Assembly (NCBI GenBank): GCA_965202585.1
Contig: OZ241826.1
Coordinates: 83,142,001-83,206,000, forward strand
Source of the DNA: Thalia democratica
Taxonomy: Eukaryota
Length of the DNA stretch: 64,000 nt
Direction of reading: 5' to 3'
Of the stretch, positions 1 through 10,671 are shown in pieces. Below the pieces are notes generated by a model. That model was not told where the DNA came from. It saw only the letters and a list, made by a program, of their open reading frames with translations, and made no database searches. Position 1 is the stretch's first letter. Every line of letters starts with the position of its first letter. Position numbers and translations under genes: made by a program.

Positions 1-1723
1 GCATTGGATCTAAACCTAAAAACTCTTCTAAAAAGTCAAAGTTAGTAAAAACACCTCTAATAAAAACTCTCAGATGAGCAATATTTGTTGTACCAGTGCT
101 CTCATCTTAACAAAATAATTAATTCCTATTTTGATTTATAGGGCTTTAAAATCTTCAGACATTTACTAAACACGACTTCTTGCTGTCATTGAAGCAATAA
201 ACAAAAGCATTTTACAACCGCCAACATAAATTCTTATAAAAGGTTTTCACTTCTAAACAGTATCTTCTTTTTAGTAATTATTTTTGCTACAACTTGCCTT
301 GACAGTTGTTTCTGATCAGTATGTAGTTACTAAAGATAATCATGTGCTTTGTTGAAACTGACTTTAGAATTTTTTGCTTGTTTATCGAAATAATTTCTAA
401 CTAGGTTTTTTTTTTAATTTTATAGCATGTTTTATATTTCACATTTACTATTTAAATACAACATTTTTATTGCAGATAATAAATTGCTATAATTCTCAAT
501 AATAAATTAAGTTTTTCTACTTCGTTAATGGCTGAATTAGTTTTGAAACTTTTGTTAAAAATGTTTAAGAAACGTTATTGTCCATTCAAGATGACTTATG
601 ATATTACTTTTGCTATATATTTAATATACTGTTAATAAACTTTGTTATTTCTTTATTTTGTGACTTTATTTTAAAAAGGGTTGCCAAAGATACAGTCTAG
701 TTTAAAAATTTGAAAAATTCAAACTGGGTTAAACCTGTTTAAAACATTTTTAAAAACTCAGGTAAATTTTTATTTCAAACACTTTGAATAAATTTTCAGT
801 TTCTCAGAACAGTTTTTATGACTTTAGTGTAGTTTACTTATTGTAATTTTTTTCTGCTCTACATATACATTGTGTTCTTTTTATACTGATGATATTTTAG
901 CTAGGTATCTAAGCTTGATTAACTGCTAGTTTTTCTTCTTTTTATTTTTAAAGTGGAAACCATGTTAAAAGCTAATTAGTTACTAATAAGGTACTTTATT
1001 AGTGTATTCGAGCATTAATTAAGTTAAAAAAAATTTTTAGCTTTTCTAAAACTAAATAGGTATTAATTTTATTCAGTTAATTATTTACTGCATTTTTAAA
1101 AGAGTGCAAACTATTTATTACGCAAAAACTAATTTTAAAAGTTATAACTTTTAATAAAATTAAAAAGTGGTTCATGTTATATAATTAGACCATTATTGTT
1201 TTCAAGCTCGGTTAATTTATTAATTGTTTACGAATTTCATAGTTTATTAAGACTTAAGTATATTAGTCAATGTAAACTTTACTCCGATAAATATTTCTAA
1301 CAAAATAGGTATTCTATGTGTAGCAAAATATCATTAAATATAATAAAGTGAAGAAAAGTAAAAACTTTCTTAATGTGACTAAAACTAATACCAAAAGATT
1401 ATTCAAATGTCTCTAAAACTAAAACTGTGGTCTGCAAAGATTTTTATAGCTCCACAACTAAAAATAAAAACTACAACACCACGTTTTTATAGCTCCTCAA
1501 CGTATATGCAGTACATGTGTAAATGCAAATGTTGTGGCATATCTGCTGTGTGAACATAATTAAAACTTTAACACATACATGCTAGCAATTATGTACAAAA
1601 ATTTAACTTTTATATGCTAAAAAATGACAAGTTCTTCTTTAAAATTAAATTTTTATAAGATTTATGTGGTAAAATATTAAGTTCAACTTGATTTTATAAT
1701 AATTTTACATTTTAACTAAACAG

Positions 1724-2422
1724 GGAATTATTGCTTGAGAAGCCGGAAGATGTCCGTCAGTTTGCATCAGACCGTTTCTTACATCCTGAGTGTCCCATGG
1801 AGATAGAAGGTTTTATAAATATTTAAACTTTGTGTTGCAATATATACAATTATAGATGCAGGATGTGAATATATGTAGTACTAGTTTATTTAGAAATTGT
1901 TTTTGTTTTATCTTAATAAACTCACCTAACTTGGTCCTCATTTATCACTTAGCAGGCCACAGTTTGCCGGTCTCAATCATTTTTTAATGATTATGTTTAA
2001 AAATTGCCAAAAAAGTTTTGTCACATATCTTTAGAGTTGGAGTTTCGTTAGATATAGATTTAAAGTTCACATACCATAATTGGTGGTTAATAATATCTAA
2101 ACATTTAGCCCGCTGTTTCGTTAAAGTCACTGAGTTTCATCGCTCGTTTTTTACAGTTAAACTGTATATAAATTATTGTATTGTGTTTTATTAATTTCAT
2201 TAAAACGCTCATTTTACATTGACTCTTTACAGGTAGCCTGGAAATACTCCCACCAAGTGACCATTCCTATCAACATCTGATGTTTCAACTAATCACATTG
2301 ATTTATTTGTACTTAATGAGATTGATGGAATTTCGACCAATGAGGATAGTGGGTGTGATGAAACTTCAGCCAATGATGATGAAGAATCAGTTGATACTAC
2401 CTTAAGTGGCGACAGTATTTAA
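1724..2422 (+). CDS. RIIAD1: 3' part of an RIIa/Dpy-30-like dimerisation-domain gene (RIIAD1-like): exon 1724-1809 plus a probable acidic terminal exon 2233-2422
   Basis: After the aaacag acceptor (phase 2) the exon reads (R)ELLLEKPEDVRQFASDRFLHPECPMEIE, which aligns with the RIIAD1 segment REIFLKRPDNILEFAADYFTDPRLPNKI (recalled). It ends either at the GT donor at 1810 or by reading on to TAA 1824-1826. The acidic tail (...EIDGISTNEDSGCDETSANDDEESVDTTLSGDSI*) joins in frame only if 1 nt is added near 2260. I did not find the upstream exons in this window. Confidence 0.6.
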
Positions 2423-2890
2423 AAAAGGGGAATTTTTCAATGTTTATTTTAAGAATATTATGATATATTTTGTTAGCAGTAGTATGTTTAAGTAAAAAAT
2501 AATTATTACTGCGAAAATATATTAAACAATTTCACTATTGAATTAGTTTTTTTTTTTTGAAATTAATACTTATTTTTACTTTTAGTTTTAATATTTTATA
2601 AATACTTTCTCTTTAAATTACAATACAAAGTTTCTACGTGTATAATGCTTTAAAATAGTTTAATAGGATTTTTTAATTTTAAAAGCAGTTAACGATAAAA
2701 ACCTATGATAAATTTAACTCAAACTAGAGCTGTATAAACCACTTTTGCCATGTGCTTTAAACTTTATTTTTATTTTGAAAATTAATGTTTACTACAAAAT
2801 TACTTTAAAAGAGTTAAAGAAAAAAATACAAATATACATTTTAATAAGAATAATGGCTCAGTATAATCCCATTTAAGTCCATTTTACACC

Positions 2891-4516
2891 TCAGAAAACT
2901 TCGTCCACCACGATCTGACCGCTCCTGACTGCGCCGCAAACCACCGACTGCTTGGTAGGCGGGTGGTAGCCGCTATTGCACTGGTAGTCTATCCTCGTGC
3001 CTTGGACAATCGGCCTCGGTCCGTTGACCGTGACGGTGACCAGTCGAACTTTGGGAACCGTGGTGCAGACTGGAAAATGCAACGGGTTTGTGATGTGAAA
3101 AACAAAAGCGTGTTGAAATCGGGGACGCGCGCAAAAAAAAAGCTAGATTGAAACTGTTTAATAAAGAGGCAGCAGGCTAAAATCTTTTAAGTCGTTAAAC
3201 GAACGGTTAATGATGTCGAAGGAGCCGAGAACCTTTAAATGCATAACGCGTAACAATAGATCATGCTCAAGTTAAAAACGCTACGTAAACTCTTTTTTTC
3301 TATTCGTTTAACTTTGGCTGACAAACTGAGTTTCGCTCGAAAACCTCGATAGAATAAATAAATAAAAATACAAGAAAGTAACAAATCAAACGAAGAAACC
3401 GACATCTGTTGCAGACGGCCTTTTGCTTCCAACCGCCCGTCCCGCACTCGATCCGGCCGTTGGCGGGCGACGGGAGGAACTTGTCGCTAGCACAGGTGAA
3501 GCCGACCTCCCGCGGCGTACTCGCTCCTCATTGGTTCGCTGAAGCTCCCGTCTGTCAGGTCGCCGGGTCGCCTGCACGACGCTGAGAAAAGTTATTTAGC
3601 TTGAGTTTTTAAATAAAAAAAGCAAAAAGAATGTTAAATGGCTGATATAAGTTATATTTCTTAAACTAAGAAGTTGAACTAACAGTTTTGCTATTTGATA
3701 TTTTATTGCTAATTTGAAACAAAATATAGTAAAAAAACATGTATAAAGTTTAAAAAAGAAAAAATATCTGAATAAAATAATTGCAAACGACTTCTTAATT
3801 ATTTTAATAGACTAGAGCTGCATTTATGAAAAGCATGTTTTTAACTTATCAATATTGTGAAGTTTTTTAATGAAAATCAAGTATTATTCTACAATTATTT
3901 AGACGAGCATCAAACTCTTTTTTTTTTTGAAACCAATGAGGAAAAAAATTAACAGTTTTTGTTCAAATGCCGTAAAAAAAACTCTTTTCTACTTTGAAAA
4001 CACTCGCCTTTTTCGCAGGTCGTGTTTTCCGACCACCGGTTTGAAGTGCACTCGACAGTGGAGATGCCTCTGGAGGCGAACCCGTCGTCGCACTCGAACG
4101 TCAATTTCACTCCCGGGAAGATCTCGTCCTTCGTCAGGTTGTAAATTGCGTTTTCTATTTCCGGACATGTTGCATCTGAGTTTGTTAACGAATTACTTTA
4201 AAAAATAAATGTAAAAAACAATAACAAAGCGCCTTGAGTTCAGCAGGACAACATAAAAACCAACAAAAGTAAAAACGATTTTTTTTGTAAAAACTTAATT
4301 TTTTTTGTAGAACTTCCAAAGCCTACAAAAATACATGATTAAAGTCTCAATTAATTAATTCGAACTTCCTCCGAGGGCGACGTACGCTCCAACGCCTCCG
4401 CCAATCAGAAGCAGTGCTGATAAAATTCCTACGAACGCAGCCGGACTGACCCCGCACACCTTGCCCGACCTTGCTGCTTTGCTGTCATACGAAGAGTAAC
4501 CCGGATAGTCCGCCAT
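2891..4516 (-). CDS. Type II membrane protein with three Sushi/CCP domains (4 exons: 4516-4366, 4175-4008, 3581-3404, 3069-2891); frameshift in exon 3
   Basis: Exon 1: MADYPGYSSYDSKAARSGKVCGVSPAAFVGILSALLLIGGGVGAYVALGG (short tail plus TM helix). Exon 2: ATCPEIEN...LTFECDDGF...VECTSNRWSENTTCEK. Exon 3: SCRRPGDLTDGSFS...YAAG/EVGFTCASDKF...IECGTGGWKQKAVCNR. Exon 4: CTTVP...IDYQCNSGYHPP...VVCGAV...DEVF*. Each Sushi domain occupies one phase 1-1 exon, as is typical for the family. Confidence 0.85.
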
Positions 4517-4909
4517 TGAAACAATTTTAGTTCATTCAGTAAATTAATCCGCTAAGAATTTAGTTTTAAACTTTCAACTTTTTGCTAGATGCATTTTTTG
4601 CTTGAAAAATACAACATTGTGTTACGTCATAATGAAAAAAGCAAATTTTAGGTAAATTGAGGTTGTACAGTTATTTGTCTTATCTTATTTAGATAAATTG
4701 AATTCATAAAATCGTACAGCTGTTCCTCTTTTTATAAATTTTATTTGTTTGTGATTTAAAAACGGCAATAACATTATTCTGATTTATGTACTAAAAATAT
4801 TAACTAGCACCGTCTTACTTTTTGGTGTGTTTTTTAAATAAGCAAAGCTTGATTAATAAATTTGTTTCAACTCGGTTTTAAATTCACATATGTGTCAGCT
4901 GATGCTGAT

Positions 4910-5526
4910 ATGAAAAGAAGAAGAAAAATGCTTGGGTTTTATTTGTTAGAAGGAGTTTAAAAAAGTTTTTCATCATAAGCTCTAAACTTTCGTATTGCGA
5001 AACAACTAATTTTCTTGTTATGTGAAGTGTCACACTGTTGTGTTACTGATCCAGAACATAAAATTAAAACCAATACTTCTGTTTGAAAAAATTAAACTCG
5101 ACTAATATTAAGATAGCTTATGTTAATAAAGTATTTATGATAAATAAACTCGTTAGTAGTATATGTTTAAAAACAAGATCTCTAGGCAAACTATTGTGCT
5201 GAATTACAATCTACAGAAAACTTTGTTGTAAGCATTGTCATGATTTAGCAACAGTCTTAGGAGAAAATTTTTACTACTTCTGCACCCTACTCAGAGTTAT
5301 TTTAAACCTTCAGCAAATTTATATGAAACAAAGTGCTCAGGTTGGTGAGTGATCATTAGTATACTTTCTTAAAATTGTTATTATTATTCTTAGTTTTTTG
5401 AACGAAAAAAAAGACGCTAAGAATATTTGCTCCTAGGACTTAATGCACGAACAAACTTTCGGTTGCCTAGTCGCACAATATTTGGATACCTTTTTACGTC
5501 TTGTCCAGGACGAGAAAAAAAATTAA
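4910..5526 (+). CDS. Putative small 3-exon gene (4910-4935, 5217-5340, 5437-5526), 79 aa, no recognised domain
   Basis: GT-AG sites with matching phases give MKRRRKMLG-KLCCKHCHDLATVLGENFYYFCTLLRVILNLQQIYMKQSAQ-DLMHEQTFGCLVAQYLDTFLRLVQDEKKN*. The middle exon has only one open frame. The first exon is speculative. Confidence 0.35.
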
Positions 5527-5722
5527 CATAATTTTTAACTGTTATTCTATTCTATCTAAACACAAAAATCATACACTTAAATTAAGCTAAGTTTTATTAG
5601 CTTTTATTAGTTAAAATTAAACGTTTTTATTTTCAAAACTACATAGATGACTCAAAAAAATTTTTCTCAAACATTTTATGTTGTTTTGTAATGATGAAAC
5701 TGTTTTGTTACTGTATATCATC

Positions 5723-7794
5723 GGGGAACTCAAAAATTGCACCAAGGTAAAAAATTGCACAGAAAGTCATTTTTGCACAAGAGTAAAAAAAAACCGGAAA
5801 AAGAAGTTATAAAAACATACAGAAAACAAAAATAAAGGCAAATTTAAAAAAAAAAGGAGAAAAAAAAATTACCAACCAAGGATAAGTGTTAGGAGTAGTG
5901 ATGTACCGGACTAACTATCCGGGTCCGGCCGGATATTGCCTTTTTTGTCTGATATCCGGATCCGGCCGGATTCTAATTTGTAAAAAAAGTCCGGATCCGG
6001 TTCCGCCCGGATTCTAATTAAAAAAAAAGTCCGAATCCGGTTCCGCCCGGATTCTAATTTGAAAAAAAAGTCCCGATCCGGGTCTGGCCAGACCCGGATC
6101 TAGTTAGTAAAAAAGAGCATACTGAAAAGTATTTTTTCAAAATCAAGCCCTGTGTAAATTAATAAGAGTCATTTTCGTCAGTTAAAACTAAACACCTACC
6201 GTGATTGGCTCATTTTGTACACGTGACTATTTACATTTGTTTACAATTAAACTATGAAATAAAAACTTCAGAAATACAACTTTTTACAAACGTTGTAAAA
6301 TTGAAAACTTTGGAATGAATACTTGCATTATTTATTGTTTCAAGTTGAGAATATTTAGAGTTAATACGGTTGAATGTACGAGCCAATGAGAATCATATGA
6401 CGAAAAGTTTCAAACTAAATACTGATGCAACAAAACAGCAGAACATGACAGGCAGTTTATATGTAAGCAGTTAGTTAGTTTGGTGTGCAGCTTGATCCAA
6501 CAAAATATCTTGAACTCTTTTGTGAATGCTTATAGTAAGTAGTGTTTTGTTTTAAAAGTGAATATTTCAATTGGTGTTTAATTGTTTAAATATTTAATCA
6601 AGGTTTATAGTTTAATTGTTTATTAAAAATTTTACAGTTTCCTGTTTACTAAAAGTTTATTTAATTTTTAGTTTATTGGTTTAAGTCTTTTGATATAGAT
6701 TTAAAGAGCTTCGAGTTTTAAAGTGTTACCAAAGTAATAATTAATTTTGTATATGCTAGTATTTCTTGTTTTGTTTTATATAAAAGATTCATCACTCAAA
6801 ACTGTCGTGTCTGATTATATAAAGTAGTCTCAGTTAGAGTTTAGTATTTGTTAGATATTAATTAAATAAGATAGGATTTAAATATGATGGGTAGTACTAA
6901 TAAGTTAAGTGTACCACAATCAGTCCACAACTTTACTACCAAATTGTCAACCTTTGCCAGCTGTTCTACTGATTATTAGATTAAAGTAATTTTTTCAGTT
7001 TTTAAAAACCTCATTCTGACTCAGGCTTGTTTATATTCACTCTAGATAGTTTTAATGATATAAACAGTGGCAACCCTGCTAGTTTGAAAATTTTTGGGAG
7101 TTTTTCGAAAATCTTAAACTGCCTCAGGCTAGTTTAGTTTTTTATAAAAACTCAGGCTAGTTTTCTTTTAGATTTTGAATGGGTTTGAGCTGATCCAGTT
7201 TTCAATATTTTGTAATTTTCTAGTCTATTTTGTTCAAGAACTTGATTTCAAATTTTTAATTGTAAATAACACCTAAATTTGTAAACCTTGTGGCTAGCTG
7301 TTCTACTTATTATTAGATTAAAGTTCTTTTTTTTCTGTTTTTAAAAACCTCATTCTGACTTAAGCTAGTTTATACTAATGATGTACCGGAGCCACTATCC
7401 GGGTCCGGCCGGATATTGCCATTTTTTTGATCCGGCCGGATTCTAATTTGAAAAAAAAGTCCGGATCCGGTTCCGGCCGGATTCTAATTTGAAAAAAAAA
7501 TCCTGATCTGGGTCCGGTACATCACTAGTTAGGAGTAACAGTGATAGTAAAGGTAAAATAAAAAACAAATAATTACTGATAAAAAAATTAAAAAATAAAA
7601 AGTAAGTTACCAACTAAGGGTAAGGGATAGTGGTAACAGTGATAATAAATATAGAAAAATTTAAGTTAATAAAAAATAAATAACAAAAACTATTAATAAA
7701 GTTAAACTAAAAAAAATCAAACCGTGCTAAAATTTCTTCGTTCAATAGTGACCCATCTTGCAAAGTGTCTTCGTGCAATTTCGACATCTACCCC
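5723..7794. mobile_element. Non-autonomous inverted-repeat element (family with TTGCAC(G)A subterminal repeats), split by a hAT insertion at 5896-7527
   Basis: Left end GGGGAACTCAAAAATTGCACC and right end GTGCAATTTCGACATCTACCCC, with internal TAAGGGTAAGGG motifs. The same architecture occurs at 23790-24176 and 29250-29776. Confidence 0.65.
5896..7527. mobile_element. Non-autonomous hAT-type DNA transposon, 1.63 kb, composite
   Basis: 16-bp TIR TAGTGATGTACCGGAC / GTCCGGTACATCACTA; perfect 8-bp TSD GTTAGGAG at 5888-5895 and 7528-7535; subterminal CCGGATCCGG repeats; a second internal left end near 7378. Confidence 0.9.
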
Positions 7795-8606
7795 TTTGTA
7801 CGAATTTGTTTTTTTTTTTTAATAAACATATTAAGAACAAAGGTTTTAATAAAAGATTTATGTTTACAAAAACAAGTGTCTTTCCATTAAGTTTATCATT
7901 TATTTACAAAATCAAAATCTTTTATAATTTGTAAACATACATTATTTTGAGCAAAACTTTAATGTCATGTCTTTCAAACTTAGATTTGTGTGTTAAATTC
8001 CTAAAAAATATAAATGAAATAGAACTGTTTATTAAAAATTTTTTAATAGATGATTATAAATGAAACTTGTCCTAATGCTAAAACAAAAGTGTAAGTTAAG
8101 GTACAAAACTATTGTCCAAGTTTGTAACAGTGAATTTTACTATGAAAATTTAATTTAGTACTATTAAATTTTAGATACTAAAAATACCCATCAATATACC
8201 AATTTAACTTTAGTGTTATTTTGTTATTTTATCTTAATCAATTATATTAACCTGTAAGATTAATACAAATATGATTATCAGCTCTTTCAAATTAGGCTAA
8301 AAGTATGAAATAGGTTTTACCATTTTCACTACTTACAATACAAGAAACTAATGCGTATTAATTTATTTTTTAAACCAAAATTGGTAGAGTGAATCTATAT
8401 TTGTAAAGCTTCTCACACAAGGCTAAGAGTTACTTTTACTACGCTCTAAGGTTTAAAACTGGTATATGATGTAGGTTTTTTTTCTATTTCAACCATGCAA
8501 TACATGAGTACTAAACTTTAAACTGAATATTTAAGCATTCATTATAATCTATATACATACCTTAAATTTGGTTGAAAATATACTTGTGAAATATTTTGAT
8601 TTAAAG

Positions 8607-8860
8607 CAGGGTTTCCTAAACTTTTTTTTTTAAATTGCCCACTTTGATAAAATTAAAAAGGCTATTGCTCCCTCCAACAAGACTACCATTTAAAACACCT
8701 AAGACCTTTTTTTTTATTGCTTATCATCTTCAACTAAACAATGTCTAGCGTAAATTTAAAAACTACTTTAGAAATACACCTAAAACCTTTTTTTTCTCTC
8801 CATCTGCAACTCAAGAATATTTAGTGTAAGTTTCAAAACCTTCAGATTGCCATTCAAGGT
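8607..8860 (+). mobile_element. Truncated hAT-type MITE (left end only), same family as 42229-42575
   Basis: Starts CAGGGTTTCCTAAAC and shares the AAACACCTAAG..., TCTAGYGTAAA and AAAACTAC blocks with the 42.2 kb copy. No right TIR found. Confidence 0.55.
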
Positions 8861-9015
8861 TAAAGTTTAGATTTTTTTTTATAAAAGTTCAGCCGAACCA
8901 TAACAATGCACGGGTGAAGTGAAATACTTAAAATTTATTTACAGTTCGATATTTTGTTATTATTAATTTATTAATTATAATTCATGTAAGGTAACTTATC
9001 TAGTCGGTTGACCAT

Positions 9016-9467
9016 ATTATTATTATTATTATTTATATTATTATTATTATTAAGTTTATTGTTCAACAAAGGACCTAGGCATTAAAACCTAAGCCACTTA
9101 AACTGAAAGACACTAACATAAAAAGTAAAAATCAAATTACAGTGATTAAATAAACATAAACATAAAACTTATACAAATACAAACTGAATAAATTAAAACT
9201 TTCACAATTCAACGATTCCAAAGTCACCAATCTCCAATTATACGTTCCAAAGCAACAAATACCTGTAACAAGCATTTCTGTCAAATCTTCAGAACCTGTC
9301 TTCATCTCGCAGAACATTGATCTGAGCTACTATTTGCCACTCGTTATGACGGCAAATTCAGTCAAAAATCACTTCAAAAATGTGGCAGCAACAGTTCACA
9401 AATCTAGCTTAGGAATCAACTGAGTATCTAATAATTTCAAAATCTAAAGCCCAAAGCACATTAACAA
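9016..9467 (-). mobile_element. 5'-truncated copy of the 3'UTR of the CR1/L2-type LINE, with (TAA)n tail
   Basis: The reverse complement matches 41424-41845 at about 95% by eye. It ends in the ATT/TAT microsatellite at 9016-9052. Confidence 0.9.
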
Positions 9468-9574
9468 TATGAACCAGAAGTTTTCTATACAGGCTAACTA
9501 ATTCAAAAAATAAACTTTAGCGGCCCAGGTCAGATGTAAAAAATTGTACTTTAAAGGATTTTTTTACCTCATTC

Positions 9575-10312
9575 TAGGGGTGGGCAACGTACGGCCCGCG
9601 GGCCGGATCCGGCCCGTAGAGTGAAAATGACCGGCCGCCGACCATTTTTTAAACTTTAATGGGATCCGGCCCGCAAATGAAAATGACCGGCCCGCGAGCA
9701 AATTTATAGGCCTGCAAAGGGTCAATATTACAAAATGTTTACAAAAATTTGTATCATATTTTTACAAAACAAAACTGTAAGAATTTGACTTCCACAACAT
9801 GCTAAAAATTACTTTATAAATTAATGTGTACTAATAAATATACCATTTGTCCTAACATTTTGTGTTGTTCTAACTTAATTGGAATATCTTTTTGTAAAAT
9901 CACCCCAAGCAAAGTGTTTTTTTATGTACGATGTTTTACATTCGTACCCTTGTCAATTATTATGTCAATTCTATTCATAGACATTATTTGAACATCTGAC
10001 ATGTCTCAACCTACATCTTAAGTTGTCAGACTAGGGAAAGTTTTTTAAATTTGAAGGATTTTAAAAAGTGATCATCTGTATCCATAAATTTATATTCCGT
10101 CCGGATACATAACTTTTATTTACATAAGAATCCGACCGGATCTGTATCTCGACTTAAAAATAGTTTCCAGTCGGATTTGGATCTAAAAAGTCATTTTTCG
10201 GCTTGATTCGTATACTGGATCCGGTAAATCATTAATTCTAAATGCTTAGGACGGCAAAAAACTAAGATTTTCCGGATCCGGCCCGTTGATTGAAAAACGT
10301 CGCCCAACCCTA
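9575..10312. mobile_element. hAT (Charlie-like) MITE, family shared with 62154-63473
   Basis: Ends TAGGGGTGGGCAACGT...ACGTCGCCCAACCCTA with GGATCCGGCCCG subterminal repeats. The two flanks do not match as a TSD. Confidence 0.85.
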
Positions 10313-10671
10313 CTCTAAACGCATAATTTTGTTGAGACATGCATAAAATAATCCTTCAATAAAAAGTTTTTCTAGTTTTAATAACTTGTGTAATAATTAA
10401 TTTTCTTAACGGTAATTTAATTTTATTAATAAAAAGTTTATAAACCTTAGTTATGCTATTTATAAACGTATTAAAATGAGCATATTCAAATTTATTTATT
10501 AAAAAAGGTAGTCGATAACCCCAATCATAAAAATAAACGAGACTCAAATAAAACGTCTAAACATAAAACATCGTTTAAATAGTTGTACGAACATTTTGTT
10601 TCTAAATTCCTCAAAATTACGAACTAACGTTTTACAACTAGAACAACTATTAAAAACACACATATTTATTA

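Noticed and set aside
2963-4208. ORFs 2963-3151(+), 3235-3447(-), 3386-3577(-) and 3927-4208(+)
   Set aside because: Antisense or off-frame shadows of the GC-rich Sushi exons.
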